Assembly: GCA_963921275.4 (NCBI GenBank)
Contig: OZ001293.3
Location: 5,152,001-5,216,000, forward strand
Length of the DNA stretch: 64,000 nucleotides
Source: an uncultured Hormoscilla sp.
Lineage (GTDB): Bacteria; Cyanobacteriota; Cyanobacteriia; Cyanobacteriales; Desertifilaceae
Reading direction: 5' to 3'
Part shown: positions 11,335 to 24,090 of the stretch, in pieces
How the letters are laid out: each line of letters begins with the position of its first letter
How positions within the stretch are numbered: position 1 is the first letter of the stretch
Program-made: the position numbers and the translations under genes
The notes under the pieces: model-generated
Database searches by the model: none
Told to the model about the DNA's origin: nothing
What the model saw: the letters and a program-made list of their open reading frames with translations, nothing else

Positions 11335-13300
11335 TTAACCTTTCAATATGATTAGTTTTTCCACATGATTAGTTTTTCCACTTTCTTTGACTACGGCTTT
11401 GTGACGTTTACTAGGGATTACTGTTTTGTATGCTTCCTGTGGATCTTGACAGGGGTGATAATATATTAAATCACCCCTGTCAAGATCCACAGCCCAAAAT
11501 CTGTGTAACAAACTGCGTCTATAAACAGGAGGCAAAGATTTCCATAATTCTCCTGCCGATTCACGACTGCTTCGATGTCTCCGGAGAGCTGGATGTCTCC
11601 TGACAGGGCGAGCGGTCTCTCGGGAGCGCTAATCGCACTAGACATCTCCAAAAACTAAACCATTGTCAGCTATGGGTTTCAAGCTCAGCCTCACTTTCTC
11701 ACATATGTTACTCAAACAGCAGCATCGGGGTTTGATAGATTTCCTGTTAATAACGCGCTCCAAAAATGATATTGATTAATCTCAATTTTTTCAGTCACCA
11801 GATTCTAATACTTCTAAAATTAATGCACCAATGCGCAATCTAACTAACCCACAAATTGTCTAAATTACCGACTCGTATTTATCTATATTTAAGCGAAATC
11901 GATCGCTGGCAACTCGAAAATTTTCCACTAATCTTATGACGTGTTCAACGAAAACTCTCAGAGAAGAAAAATATTGATTTTCTTCTTTTTGTTTGGCAGT
12001 TAATTCCTGTTTTTTCTGCTTTTTATGATGTGTTTTGTTGTTCTCCAATATAGGCTTTATCTCCTGCAAATTTTTGCTCTGGATGAAAAAAATATTGATG
12101 ATCGCGCCAAATATTTATGTCGCTTTTTGGACCTCTTTCTCCAGAAATTATATCGACAATATCTGCACACGCTATCGCTACTAGGTAACACATTGATTTT
12201 TTCTCCTATGATATTTCTTCTTGCCTGAGTAAAAATTTTTCTGTCCTTCATAGTCTTTAGATCTTGGTATCCCTTGCTCTGCGCTATCTACAATCAATTC
12301 ATATTCCCTTAAAATTTTTGATAAAACTTCTTCGTTTTCTCCATTAATTTTCACCTGTTCAAGCAAGCTTGACCGCAAAGAGTCTCGAAATATTTTTTGC
12401 CAATAATTAAAAACATCATTTGCTTTAGATTCACTGACTTCAAACATCAAACCTAATATTTGAAATGTTACTCCTTGACGGAGATAAATCAAGGTTAAAA
12501 CTATTTAATCTTCCACCGATAATTTAGGCTTAGCACCTCCACCAGCACCTATCAATCTAGTTTTCTGCTTTTCAACTTTTTCTTGATAATCTGCATCTAA
12601 CTTTTTGGCTAAGCTTATAAGTTGTATTAGGTTTTCATAACTGATACCGACAAGCCGCTTTACTTCTTGATGATTTTTTTGCTGTCCAAGTATAACTCAT
12701 GGCTTTCAGTCCCAAAATTAAAGTTGTCAAATCTTATTATAGCATAAATTTCTATTTTGGAGAGGTCTACTACCCGGGAAACACCTCGCGCTAATCGCAC
12801 TACCCAGGAGACATCGTATTCGCACTACTCCGGAGACATTGATCCCCAACATAAATTCCAACGATTTCTCAGTTTTTCGTATCGATCGCTAACCTTATCC
12901 ATTGTTGATTCTCCTTGTTTTTTACGAAAGATCACATTTCGTCACATTCAATTGTTAATTTCCTCTTCGGCTTGCCTGAAACCTTTATTTCACGGGGGGT
13001 TTCGGCATATTTCTTATTGACATATTTTCGATCGCGCAGCGTAGCGCAGCCATAACCGGGCCTGGAAACTCCTGTTATTCTGGCAATACCTACCAAAGGA
13101 ATTTTTTCGAGTAAGAGAATATCTATATTATTTTTCGTTTCTTCTGGTATCTGCTTTTTGGTAGGGTTTTCAACAAATTGCTGCCACATTCAAAACACTT
13201 ATATTTTTGCTTCTTGTTGTGAATACTGCCATTTTTAAAAATTCGCTTACTTTTACAGTTAGGGCAATCTGGTCGCCAACATAAATCTGATGGTGCGTTC
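11335..13300 (-). pseudogene. IS1-family transposase (InsA/InsB) remnants, interrupted by repeats and an IS5-like element
   Basis: CPNCKS...KNG...KQKYKCFECG; LTIECDEM; AVCYTDF; YKTVIPSKRHKAV.KESGKTNHVE. Confidence 0.75.
11639..12769 (-). mobile_element. IS5/ISL2-like (DDE_Tnp_4) element, frameshifted
   Basis: TIRs TAGACATCTCCAAAA / TTTTGGAGAGGTCTA; LIVDSAEQ, RVFVEHVIRLV; inserted inside a ~44-bp dispersed repeat. Confidence 0.8.
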
Positions 13301-13878
13301 ATAACTTTATAAATTGTTTTTCCCAATAACAATATAGCATTTTGAAAATCACTTATTATAAGAATATTTTATGGTTTCAATAGATAAGCTGCCGCGCATT
13401 TAAATTGCATAGGTCGAAAAGCTGAGATCCTTATTTCATAAGGGTTTCCGAATTTTGAATGAGAAAGAAAGAATTTTGAATGGCTTATTGCTTATGCATG
13501 GTAAAATTGTTATATTATCCCTTTGAAAAAGGCTAATAAATAGAGGGATGTAATGTTGTATCACTACATATTTATCACTACCAGCACATTGTCTATCCTT
13601 TTGCTAATGGTCTTGCTACTCATCGTCTTAAGAGTATATTTGCTTATTGCATTAGTGGGATGCTCTCATTGGCAACGGATGCGATCGCGGCTTAGAAGTA
13701 GTCCAGGGCAAAAAAAACCGAGGGCGACCTAGATTGTCGGTCTATTAATAAAACGCATTTTAACAACTCAAAGATAGACTATAATCGATCTGATATCCTC
13801 TGGTCCCTCTCTAGGCGCTGAGCGCCTGGGAAGCCGTAAAGTGTGTCGTCACGTAGAACCGATCCCAGCTTAACCCTC

Positions 13879-15756
13879 ATGAGTGATATAGTATTAGAAG
13901 TACGCAATCTGCGAGTCCAATTCCAAACTGACGAAAAACTGATTAAAGCAGTTGACGATATCTCCCTGAAAGTAGCACGAGGACAAACCTTGGGAATTGT
14001 GGGAGAATCAGGATCGGGCAAATCCGTTACCTCCCTAGCAGTGATGGATCTGGTGCCTAGGCCGGAGGGTACGATCGCCGAGGGCGAAATTTGGTTTCGC
14101 GAGACAGGGGACGCCGAACCGGTCAACCTTCGGCAACTTTCACCCCAACAAATGCAGCAACTTCGGGGTGGCAAGATGGGGATGATCTTCCAGGAACCGA
14201 TGAGTTCCATCAATCCAGTTTATAGCATCGGCTTCCAACTGACCGAAGCAATTATACAGCATCAAAATGTTTCCTCCCCAGAGGCCAGACGCCGGGCGAT
14301 CGGGCTTTTGCAAGAAGTGAAACTCCTGCCATCAGACGAAGCATTGAAGGAACAACTGCTAGCAGAATGGCCCCAGCAGAGGGAAGAACCAAGGGACAAA
14401 GAACTCCAGCGTCTAGTAAATAGCCAAAAACAGGAGATCCTCAAACGCTATCCCCACCAACTCTCCGGGGGGCAAATTCAGCGCGTGATGATCGCCATGG
14501 CAATTTCAAGCGATCCGGTGCTATTGATTGCCGACGAACCCACCACAGCCCTGGATGTTACAGTCCAAGCTACCATTCTCGACCTGTTGCGGCAACTAAC
14601 GCGACAGGGCATATCGATGATTTTCATTAGTCACGATCTGTGCGTGATTGGCGAAATTGCCGATACCGTAGCAGTCATGTATCAGGGTAAAATTGTCGAG
14701 GTCGGGTCAGTCTTGGACATCTTCTCCAACCCGCAGCATCCTTACACCAAAGGTTTGCTCGCCTGCCGTCCCCAACCAACAGTACGCCTGGAATATCTGC
14801 CCACCATCTGTGAGTTTATGGAAGTGGTGACTACTGCTACGGGAATCCAGGAGATGCCAGAGAAAGCTGACACGGCCGCTATCAAGGAAGTGAGTCCAAC
14901 TCAGCTAGAAGAACGCTTAACAGCACTCCAGCAGAAAGCGGCGCTTTTATCTGTACAAAACCTAAAAGTTGGCTTTCCAGTCAAGGGCATGTTTAGCCAA
15001 ACCAATCGTTATTTTATGGCCGTGAATAATGTCTCCTTTGAAGTCTATCCCGGGGAAACCCTGGGATTGGTAGGAGAATCGGGCTGTGGTAAAACTACAT
15101 TGGCACGCAGTTTGCTGCAATTGGTGCCACCTCTGAGTGGCAAGCTGCTATTTGCAGGTGAAGATATCACTCATCTTAACAAAAGGAGCCTGCGACAGTT
15201 GCGGCGGGAAATGCAAATGGTGTTTCAAGACCCTTTTAGTTCCCTGGATCCGCGCATGTCCATTGGCACAACTATCATGGAACCCCTGGAAATTCATAGC
15301 CGGGGTAATGCTAAAGAACGACACACGCGCTGTGCCTATCTGTTAGAAAGGGTAGGACTCTCACCTGACTGGATGAGTCGCAGGCCCCACGAATTTTCCG
15401 GCGGACAGCGCCAACGGGTATGTATTGCCCGTGCTTTGGCACTCAATCCTCAGTTTATTATCTGTGATGAGTCGGTTTCAGCTTTAGATGTCTCGGTACA
15501 GGCCCAAGTTTTGAACCTCCTCAAGGAATTACAGTCCGAGTTTGAACTGACTTATATCTTTATTTCTCACGACTTGAGTGTGGTTAAGTTTATGAGCGAT
15601 CGGATCGCGGTGATGAACAAAGGTAAAATTGTCGAAATTGCCAGCGCGGAGAATATTTACAACCAACCACAACAGGAGTACACTCGCCAACTCATTGCTG
15701 CTATTCCTACCGCCAGCATCGAACGCATTCAAAAGCGGGTTCTGGCGATCGCCTGA
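13879..15756 (+). CDS. Peptide/nickel ABC transporter ATP-binding protein (two ATPase domains)
   Basis: GESGSGKS and GESGCGKT, LSGGQ/FSGGQ, DEPT/DESV, HPYT; start taken at MSDIVLEV. Confidence 0.92.
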   Translation: MSDIVLEVRNLRVQFQTDEKLIKAVDDISLKVARGQTLGIVGESGSGKSVTSLAVMDLVPRPEGTIAEGEIWFRETGDAEPVNLRQLSPQQMQQLRGGKMGMIFQEPMSSINPVYSIGFQLTEAIIQHQNVSSPEARRRAIGLLQEVKLLPSDEALKEQLLAEWPQQREEPRDKELQRLVNSQKQEILKRYPHQLSGGQIQRVMIAMAISSDPVLLIADEPTTALDVTVQATILDLLRQLTRQGISMIFISHDLCVIGEIADTVAVMYQGKIVEVGSVLDIFSNPQHPYTKGLLACRPQPTVRLEYLPTICEFMEVVTTATGIQEMPEKADTAAIKEVSPTQLEERLTALQQKAALLSVQNLKVGFPVKGMFSQTNRYFMAVNNVSFEVYPGETLGLVGESGCGKTTLARSLLQLVPPLSGKLLFAGEDITHLNKRSLRQLRREMQMVFQDPFSSLDPRMSIGTTIMEPLEIHSRGNAKERHTRCAYLLERVGLSPDWMSRRPHEFSGGQRQRVCIARALALNPQFIICDESVSALDVSVQAQVLNLLKELQSEFELTYIFISHDLSVVKFMSDRIAVMNKGKIVEIASAENIYNQPQQEYTRQLIAAIPTASIERIQKRVLAIA

Positions 15757-15761
15757 GCGAT

Positions 15762-15828
15762 CGTAGGGCGGGTCGCCTGCCCACCTGCCCGGGGACCGTA
15801 GGGCGGGCGGATCGCCTGCCCGCCCGGG
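15762..15828. repeat. Two GTAG-headed REP-like palindromes downstream of the ABC gene
   Basis: CGTAGGGCGGG...CCTGCCC(A/G)CC twice. Confidence 0.55.
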
Positions 15829-16065
15829 TAATTGCTGCTCATCGCCAGTATGAATGCACTATATCTGACTAGACTTAAGCTGACGCCGCTGCCAACCGTT
15901 ACCATACGTAATCAATATTTATTTTTGATAAAAAATATCCAAATTTAAACAGTATTGATTTTAATAAAAGCTATACATGACTAGACACAAGGAGAACAAA
16001 GTCTTTAGACAAAGTAAAAATTATAACTTTTTGTAAAAAACAGAGAAACTTTCCGGAATTGGGTC

Positions 16066-17051
16066 TTGGAGCATCGGATGGAAAAGGCGGGCTACAGCTT
16101 TACTGGCAGCTGGACTTGGGGCGAGAACATTGCATGGAACGGTACAACGGGAACACCAGATGTGACTCAGTCGGTTGCCACCCAACACGAGAATCTGTTT
16201 GTCGATCTCAACATCCCTGGTAGAGGTCATCGGATCAATCTGATGAACGAGAACTTCCGAGAGATTGGCCTTGGTACAGTAACTGGCTTATTTACTAGCA
16301 ACGGCACTGACTTTAATGCTGTGATGACCACCCAGGACTTTGCCAAGTCTGGATCGGGGTCGTTTTTGACTGGTGTTGCCTACGATGACCAGGACAACGA
16401 TGAAGGACTTGGTGGAGTAACAGTGCAAGCGGTGCGTCAGTCCGACGGTCAAACCTTCACCACTAACACGATGGATGCTGGTGGGTATCAGATTCAGTTA
16501 GAGTCTGGCAATTACACCGTGACTTTCTCTGGCGGCGGACTCGACGAGACTATCCGCCAGACGATCGCGATCGGCGACTATAATGTCAAGCTTGATGCTA
16601 TCCTGGATGATGACTCCGATGGTAACTCCGACGGGAACGGACCACTCCCACTCCCATTCCGGGAACCCGAGGCAATCACGATCTGACTGGCACAGCTGGC
16701 AACGATAGCATTATTGGTGGTACAGGTAATGACACTCTCTCTGGTGGCGAAGGTAATGACTTTCTCACTGGTGGTGAGGGTCGAGATCTTCCCCTTGGTG
16801 GGGGTGGTCGAGATACCTTCGTGCTGGAAATTGATACAGCAAGCACCAGATCAGGGTCAACCGATCGAATCTCGGACTTCCAGCCCGGGACGGATCGCAT
16901 AGGACTAACAACAACGGGAGGATCAATCTCCTTGAGCTTGATTGTGAGCGGCAGTCAGATTTCCATCAAGGATGTTAGCTCAGATAAACTCTTGGCCACC
17001 GTTGCAAATGTCACCCCCGTTCAGCTGATTAGTAGTCTTGTCCTACTGTAG
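16066..17051 (+). pseudogene. CAP/SCP-domain plus RTX-repeat protein remnant (5'-truncated, frameshifted)
   Basis: WGENIAW, GHRINLMNENFREIG; GGTGND repeats and ISDFQPGTDRI in other frames. Confidence 0.75.
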
Positions 17052-17224
17052 ATTCCAAGTTTAGATATCGCTTCATCCCGTTTGGTGTTCTCCTTTCCAG
17101 TCTGAGACTGGAAAGGATTTTCTTATCGATAATCACTCACTAAGCAATTCCAAATTAAAAATTAAAAATTATTGCATTGGGAAACCCATTGAGAACTTGG
17201 CTCTCAGCTTTTGCCCTTATGCGA

Positions 17225-18800
17225 TTTAATAGCGCGACAGCTTATAGCGTCGGTCGATAAACCGGATTTCTTTTTGGAAAAATACTGATATTTCGTTGAG
17301 TTAAGGTAAATAGAAAAAATCGTTTAGGATGAAAGGGGCGTCACGGTGGAAGGTCCCATAGCGGGACTTAAACAAAATCTAAGCCCACACATCGCGCCCG
17401 ACTCGCGCAAGTGAACGGCAAATACATCAACATTGTTACCTAGCCAACGCACAAACCGCGCTTGAGACGGCTGTACGAAAAGCTAAGAACGCGCCCAACT
17501 TATGTTTTTAATGGTCGATTAGCCCATTGTCGTGCTAGACCACCGGTTAACCAATGCCAGAGAATAAAAGTATACGTACAAAATACCAAGATCCAATGAC
17601 GTTCAATGCTTTTTTTCCCTCGAATTTGGGATTCTCAAAAAACCAACCAACCTTTGATTGTTCGGTAAAAAACTTCAATCCAATTGCGTTGTCAATAGGT
17701 AGTAACTATCCATTGTGCTGTTGCTTTTCCAGCGGGATCATTAGTGATTAAATAATCAATTTCCGCTGTGTCCCCCGGTGCTGCGTCTCCTGGGAGCGCT
17801 ACTCGTACTACCCAGGAGACGCAGCGCGCTACTCGCACTACCCGGGGGACACAGATCGCCGATTCAAGGTTTTTGGCATTCATGACGATAGCCACTGTAC
17901 GTTGACCTGACGGAAATTTCTACTTTTATTGTTGCCACCCAAACTGTCCGAGTTTTTTGTAATTCGAGATTAATAGAACGATTCTTCTGGTAATATTGCT
18001 GCCAGTTCATCTAATCTCCGGAACTTTTTTTTGACCCGCTTCTATTTTTCCCTCTACATTTCGATTTTTCGCCGACAATATAAATTAACCATCTTTTTTC
18101 TAGTTCTGTTAAAAAAGGACCATTATTTCCATAACCTCCATCAAAAACACGTTACTCCCGGACGATACCCTCTACTTAAACATTTATCAATTAGTTATCA
18201 AGCTAATTCTGGTTTTTTCTTGAATTCTGGAGCTTATGCATCCTTTCTCTAAAGAATCAGCGTGTACACGCCTTCGGCTATTGAGCTACATCTAATGGTA
18301 AACTTCTTAATCCAACGCATGTGATGAGTTGTTACCATAACAATCCCGTTATCAACTTGGCCAATTTACCCAATAGATTGTCGCCCCGGTGTCACTTGAC
18401 AGGCATGAGAAGATAGTATCTCATGCCTGTCAAGTGACACCGCCAATTCCTTCAGTTAATGTTCCACTTCTTCCATGACCCGTGTCGTAAACTATTAAAT
18501 TAAAATCCTTATTAGATGGCTTGGTTTGACCACAATAATTCATTATCTCTAATCGCCTTTCATTTACATAATCAGCATCCCAAGGAGAGTCAGTTATAAA
18601 GTGATGCAATTTATGATCTTGAACCCCGACAGTATTTCTAGCTATTTGAGAAAGATTTTTGCGCTCGATTTCTCCTAATAGTCCCGTAAAATAATGACGG
18701 AACTCTCTTTCTTGGGCTTTATGGATAAATAAATCGTCTTTCGCGACGGCACCATCTGTAAAAACAAGGTGGCATGGCCTGAGCAGTTGTTTCTTTCATT
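17225..18800 (-). pseudogene. IS701-family transposase, heavily frameshifted
   Basis: MKETTAQAMPPCF, GRQ.IG..GQVDNGI, AIVMNA...IDYLITN...WIVTTY. Confidence 0.8.
18387..18442. repeat. Perfect hairpin (24-bp stem, 8-nt loop) inserted in IS701
   Basis: CGGTGTCACTTGACAGGCATGAGA-N8-reverse complement; relatives at 7985 and 11438. Confidence 0.9.
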
Positions 18801-19052
18801 TTTTTGTCCATTAAGTAAGAGTCCAACAACAGGTAGCAAATAAAATATTACTATCAGTAGTTTACCAGAGAAACGAGAGCCAACAAACTCCATACATTTG
18901 TATGATATCATAAAACCGTGCGCGTTGACGTATAATGCCCATTATACATGGATTTGAGCTGCTTTAGTCAGAAATTTTTGTTCCAAAGGTGGCAATCTGA
19001 ACTTAAAAGTGCCAACCTCGACCACGTAAAACTCACGGCATTGTATTTCTGA

Positions 19053-19913
<861 letters not shown>

Positions 19914-20166
19914 TTAGCCGTCATCTCCGAGTCGTGGTCGGGCGAATTGAACCGCCCTAAACTGTCAATTAATCTAGGGGTCGGAACGAAGAGAAACGTT
20001 GTCGGGGTCTGTGGACAGGTCGAAACCACAGTAGGCTGGACGAGCAGCGGAAATCTCAGCAGCGGGTAGGACTTTTGTGTCTTCTGGGAGCGCTAGTCGC
20101 ACAAAAGAGAAGACACAGGAGCGTAACTGCTCCGAGGTAATCAGAACATTCTTGACAGAGTAGAGT

Positions 20167-21584
20167 ATGGTTAGGCGCGTGAGGAAAACTCATAGTGAAT
20201 CTTGGAAGAATTTGCCCTGGAAGAAATTCCGGCGCAATCTTTTTCGCCTGCAATGTCGAGTGTGGAAAGCTATTAGAGCGGGAGACAAGGCCCGAGGGAA
20301 GATCCTGCAAAAGCTAATTCTGAAGTCCCGGAGTGCAAGATACATAGCCATCCGTCAGGTAACGCAGCTCAACGCCGGGAAGAAAACGGCGGGGGTAGAT
20401 GGCAAAACATGCCTCACTTTCCCAGAAAGACAAGAGCTAGAGAAACTGCTAAAAGAACAAGCCAAAACTTGGTCACATAGCCGTTTACGGTCCCTCCCAA
20501 TTCCCAAAAAGGACGGGACGACCCAAATGCTCAAAATCCCAACGATTAAAGATAGGGCATGGCAATGTCTTGTCAAATATGTCATCGAACCTGCCCATGA
20601 AGCACTTTTCTACGCTAGAAGCTACGGGTTCAGACCCGGACGCTCAACGCACGACTGCCAGAAAAACCTATATCTATGTCTGAGGTCATTCGCCCACGGA
20701 CTGGATAAAAGAGTTCTGGAATTGGATATCGAGAAGTGTTTTGATCGTATAGACCATAACTTCCTGATGAAACACACTATAGCCCCTCAATGCGTGAAGC
20801 TAGGGCTATGGAAATGTCTCAAGGCAGGAGTTAATCCGGAGTTCCCCTCGCAGGGAACTCCACAGGGAGGCGTGGTAAGTCCGGTACTGGCGAACATTGT
20901 CTTAGATGGCATCGAAAACATCCACCTCAAGCCAGAAGATGATGCTGATGTTATCCGGCAACAGGTCAAGGAATTCTTAGCGCTAAGAGGGTTGAATATA
21001 AAAGCACTTCATACGAGGCTCGTGGCCGCGACAGATGGGTTTTATTTTCTCGGCTGGCATTTCAAAGTGCAACAGAACTGGAAGTTCAGATGCGTCCCTT
21101 CAGAGGACAATTATGAGGCTTTCCGCCAAAAGGTCAAGCACATTGTCAACAACTCTAATTATGGTGATCTCACCAAAGCGCAAAAGCTATCTCGCCTAGT
21201 AAGAGGATGGAGGAACTACCACCGCTACTGTAAGTTAAGTGGCGCCAGGTTCTCACTGTACTTCATTGCACACAGGGCGCAGATGCCTTAATCAAAAAGG
21301 CATTCCCAAGCGTACCCTATCACGAACACAAGCACGTCAAGGTCATAGGTGATAAATCGCCTTTCGACGGGGACATAACTTACTGGTGTCAAAGAAACTC
21401 CAAATATTACGAAGGTCTCACGGCAACAGCGCTAAAGAGACAGGACTATACATGTGGACACTGCGGAATGAAACTACTAGATGGAGAGAAGGTACAGCTC
21501 CATCACATCGATGGAAACCACGACAATTGGAAGCTGACAAACTTGATGGCAGTACATAAGTCGTGTCATGATTATATCCACATG
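20167..21584 (+). pseudogene. ltrA: Group II intron RT/maturase/HNH lacking the YADD segment, frameshifted near 21280
   Basis: NAGKKTAGVDG, SYGFRPGRS, GTPQGGVVSP, then GIENIHLKPEDD with no YADD; HNH (CGHCG...HHIDGNHDNW) in another frame. Confidence 0.85.
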
Positions 21585-23391
21585 GTGCGATTCGTTCAGG
21601 CGTAAACTGGCGACGGTGAAGTCTGGTCTGGTTTCATTTGCCGGATAACTCTGGTTATCATGGGGGTTAAATTCCCTCTCCCCAGGTGTGGGGGGTCGAG
21701 GGTACTACCGGTCCTTAGTGCTGCGGGGTCACATCGCCGTGGTGCTCCGCTAGGACTTAAATGTAGGATAGCTGGCAGCCTAACCCAGTGACGCCGCTAG
21801 GAAAGATGCTCATGGTTAGAACAAGCGAACCTGTTAAAGCCTCGTTACATAGAACCAGCGGAATAAGGCTTATACGCTGGCCCAAAAGGGAAAATGGTAG
21901 TTAGTGTTGGTAGTCATCTATTGCCAGCATCGCACCCAAAGAACTCCCGGGGTATAGCAGGGGCCTACAAGCATCGAGAAATGATACCAGGGAACGAAGT
22001 AACCTCACGTGAGCTGTCCCCATTTGGACCAGTTAGATGTAAAGCGCAAGCCGCGAAGAGGAAGGATGTTCTAAGAAGCCAACGCCTGGGGTAATGCCTG
22101 GGATATGCAGACGTAGGACGGATATGGTAAGAAGCCTTTGGTGAAAGTAGCCCTAACACGTCGCAAAACTTAGGAGAAATCCAAAAGTATGAATATGGAC
22201 TAGGGCGTGTCATCAATTAAGCCATATTACAGCTGCCGCGAGGTAGATGGCACCCAAGAAATTGCGAGCCGTTTTATCGTAGCGTGTCGCCAGAGCCCTG
22301 TATTGCTTGAGTTTTTGGAATAGATTTTCAATTAGATGCCGCCACTTGTACATTTCTTCATCGTATTCTCTGTGTTCTGTGCGGTTACTTTTTGGAGGAA
22401 TGACAGCCATCCAATCCGCCTCTTTCAGGCGCTCGAGCACACGTTGTTCCGCATCATAGGCTTTATCTGCAAGCAGCGCGCCAATCTCACCGATTTTATC
22501 CAATAGCACGTCAGCGCCTTTCCCGTCGTGGGCTTGGCCAGGGGTAAGATGAAATCCTGTGGGATTGCCTTGGGCAATCGCAAGTGGCATGAATCTTTGT
22601 CGATAGTCCCCCTTTACTACGGCCTATGGCTTGGGTTTCGCACGTATCTGAGGGTGTTTTTTTTTGCACCCGCACGCTCGTTGATGGGCACGCAGGATGG
22701 TGGCATCAATCGCGGCGTATTCGTTATCGGCGTCTGAGGCCAAGACATCGAATACCTGCTTCCAAACTCCCTTTTCAGACCAACGGGATGGCGGGTATGA
22801 ACAACCCGAAAATCCCCAAAACACTCCGGTAAATCCCGCCAGGGAATGCCAGCACGATATCGATATAACACGGCAGAACACGAATAATCTATTGTTCTTG
22901 GCTGTAGCGCCTGGGTCACCCTCTTTACCAGGTAAAAGGTGTTCGATCCGTTCCCACTGGTCGTCTCGCAAGCCATAGCGTCTCATATCATGCCCTCTTG
23001 ATTGTTATTGCTGGATAAGGACTCCATACCGTATCCATCTACTTCTGTCAAGCAATTTGATTGATGACACACCCTAGAGTCTCAGCCGGGTAAAGTTCAG
23101 AGCCCCGATAAATTGCCAGAATGGGGAAATGTTAGAGAAGAGCGGCTAGAATGGTTTGCTGAACTACCCTCCGCGATCGCGCAGCGTGCGCGCAGCGCAT
23201 ACCTTCCGGAGCTGAAATCATTAACGGTCCAATAGGATTGACCATAAGGGGTAAAATTACAGAGGGTAAGGGGAAACGGGGTGACCTAATTATTGATGAT
23301 GATATGCCTAAGGACAAGCCCCAGCGGTGAAAGTCGCAAGTCCGGTTCCGCTCTTGGAGGGTTGGGGAGTGATTCCCAGCTCGACCCCGAC
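21585..23391 (+). mobile_element. ORF-less group II intron 'E' inserted at the end of the intron D ORF; itself carries an IS5
   Basis: GTGCGATTCGTTCAGG start; degenerate DV; ends CTCGACCCCGAC at 23391. Confidence 0.85.
22203..23074 (-). mobile_element. IS5-family element (two-ORF type), frameshifted
   Basis: TIRs GGGCGTGTCATCAA / TTGATGACACACCC in a CTAG target; LRDDQWERIEHLLP, LLADKAYD, KQYRALATRYDK. Confidence 0.9.
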
Positions 23392-23494
23392 CAGCAAGTC
23401 AATTGACTAGGTTATCGGGAGCCGGATGCGGGGAAACTCGCACGTCCGAATCTAAGAGGGAGGTGCGGGGTATAACAGCCCCATCGACCCTACC

Positions 23495-23830
23495 AAGGCG
23501 ATCGCCTGGGAAAACTCCGCTCCCAGATGCTGGTACTGGTCCGTGACTTGCTCAAAAGCTTTCAAGTCCTGAAAATCCAGCTGCGGTGTCCCCCGGGTAG
23601 TGCGAATACGATGTTTCCCCTTTTGTGCGATTAGCGCTCTGTATCTCCTGGGTAGTGCGATTAGCGCTCCCAGGAGATACCTCGTCCCAGGAAACATTGA
23701 GCTCTCGGGGGACACCGAAGGAGAGAGGGGATGGTTTGTGCTTGGGTTAGCTTGGGGTTATGGCCCTCACGGGCCTGTTCAGAAGATAACCAGTGATAAA
23801 ATCCAGTTTCTGACGACAATGACATAACTA
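23495..23830 (-). pseudogene. Hypothetical protein 5' fragment, disrupted by intron D and dispersed repeats
   Basis: LDFQDLKAFEQVTDQYQHLGAEFSQAIAL ends at the intron D boundary. Confidence 0.45.
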
Positions 23831-24090
23831 CTCCAGATGCACCAATTCAGCTCTAATTGCAGCATCGGGAAAATTTCCCCTTAAGATTAGGGTGGTTGTG
23901 TCAGTTCCTCGACTGTAGCGACATCTTCGGCAACTGAAGCCCCTTCAGTCCGGGAAACGCCGTGACAATTTTCTAACTGTCCTCGCCTGTCCGTGGTGGG
24001 CTTCCTGCCGGACCGATCCCGGTTCGGATACAATAGCTTGGTAGCTATCAAGCTCACAGTTCGCTGCTCACACCAAGGGTCATAAATAAG

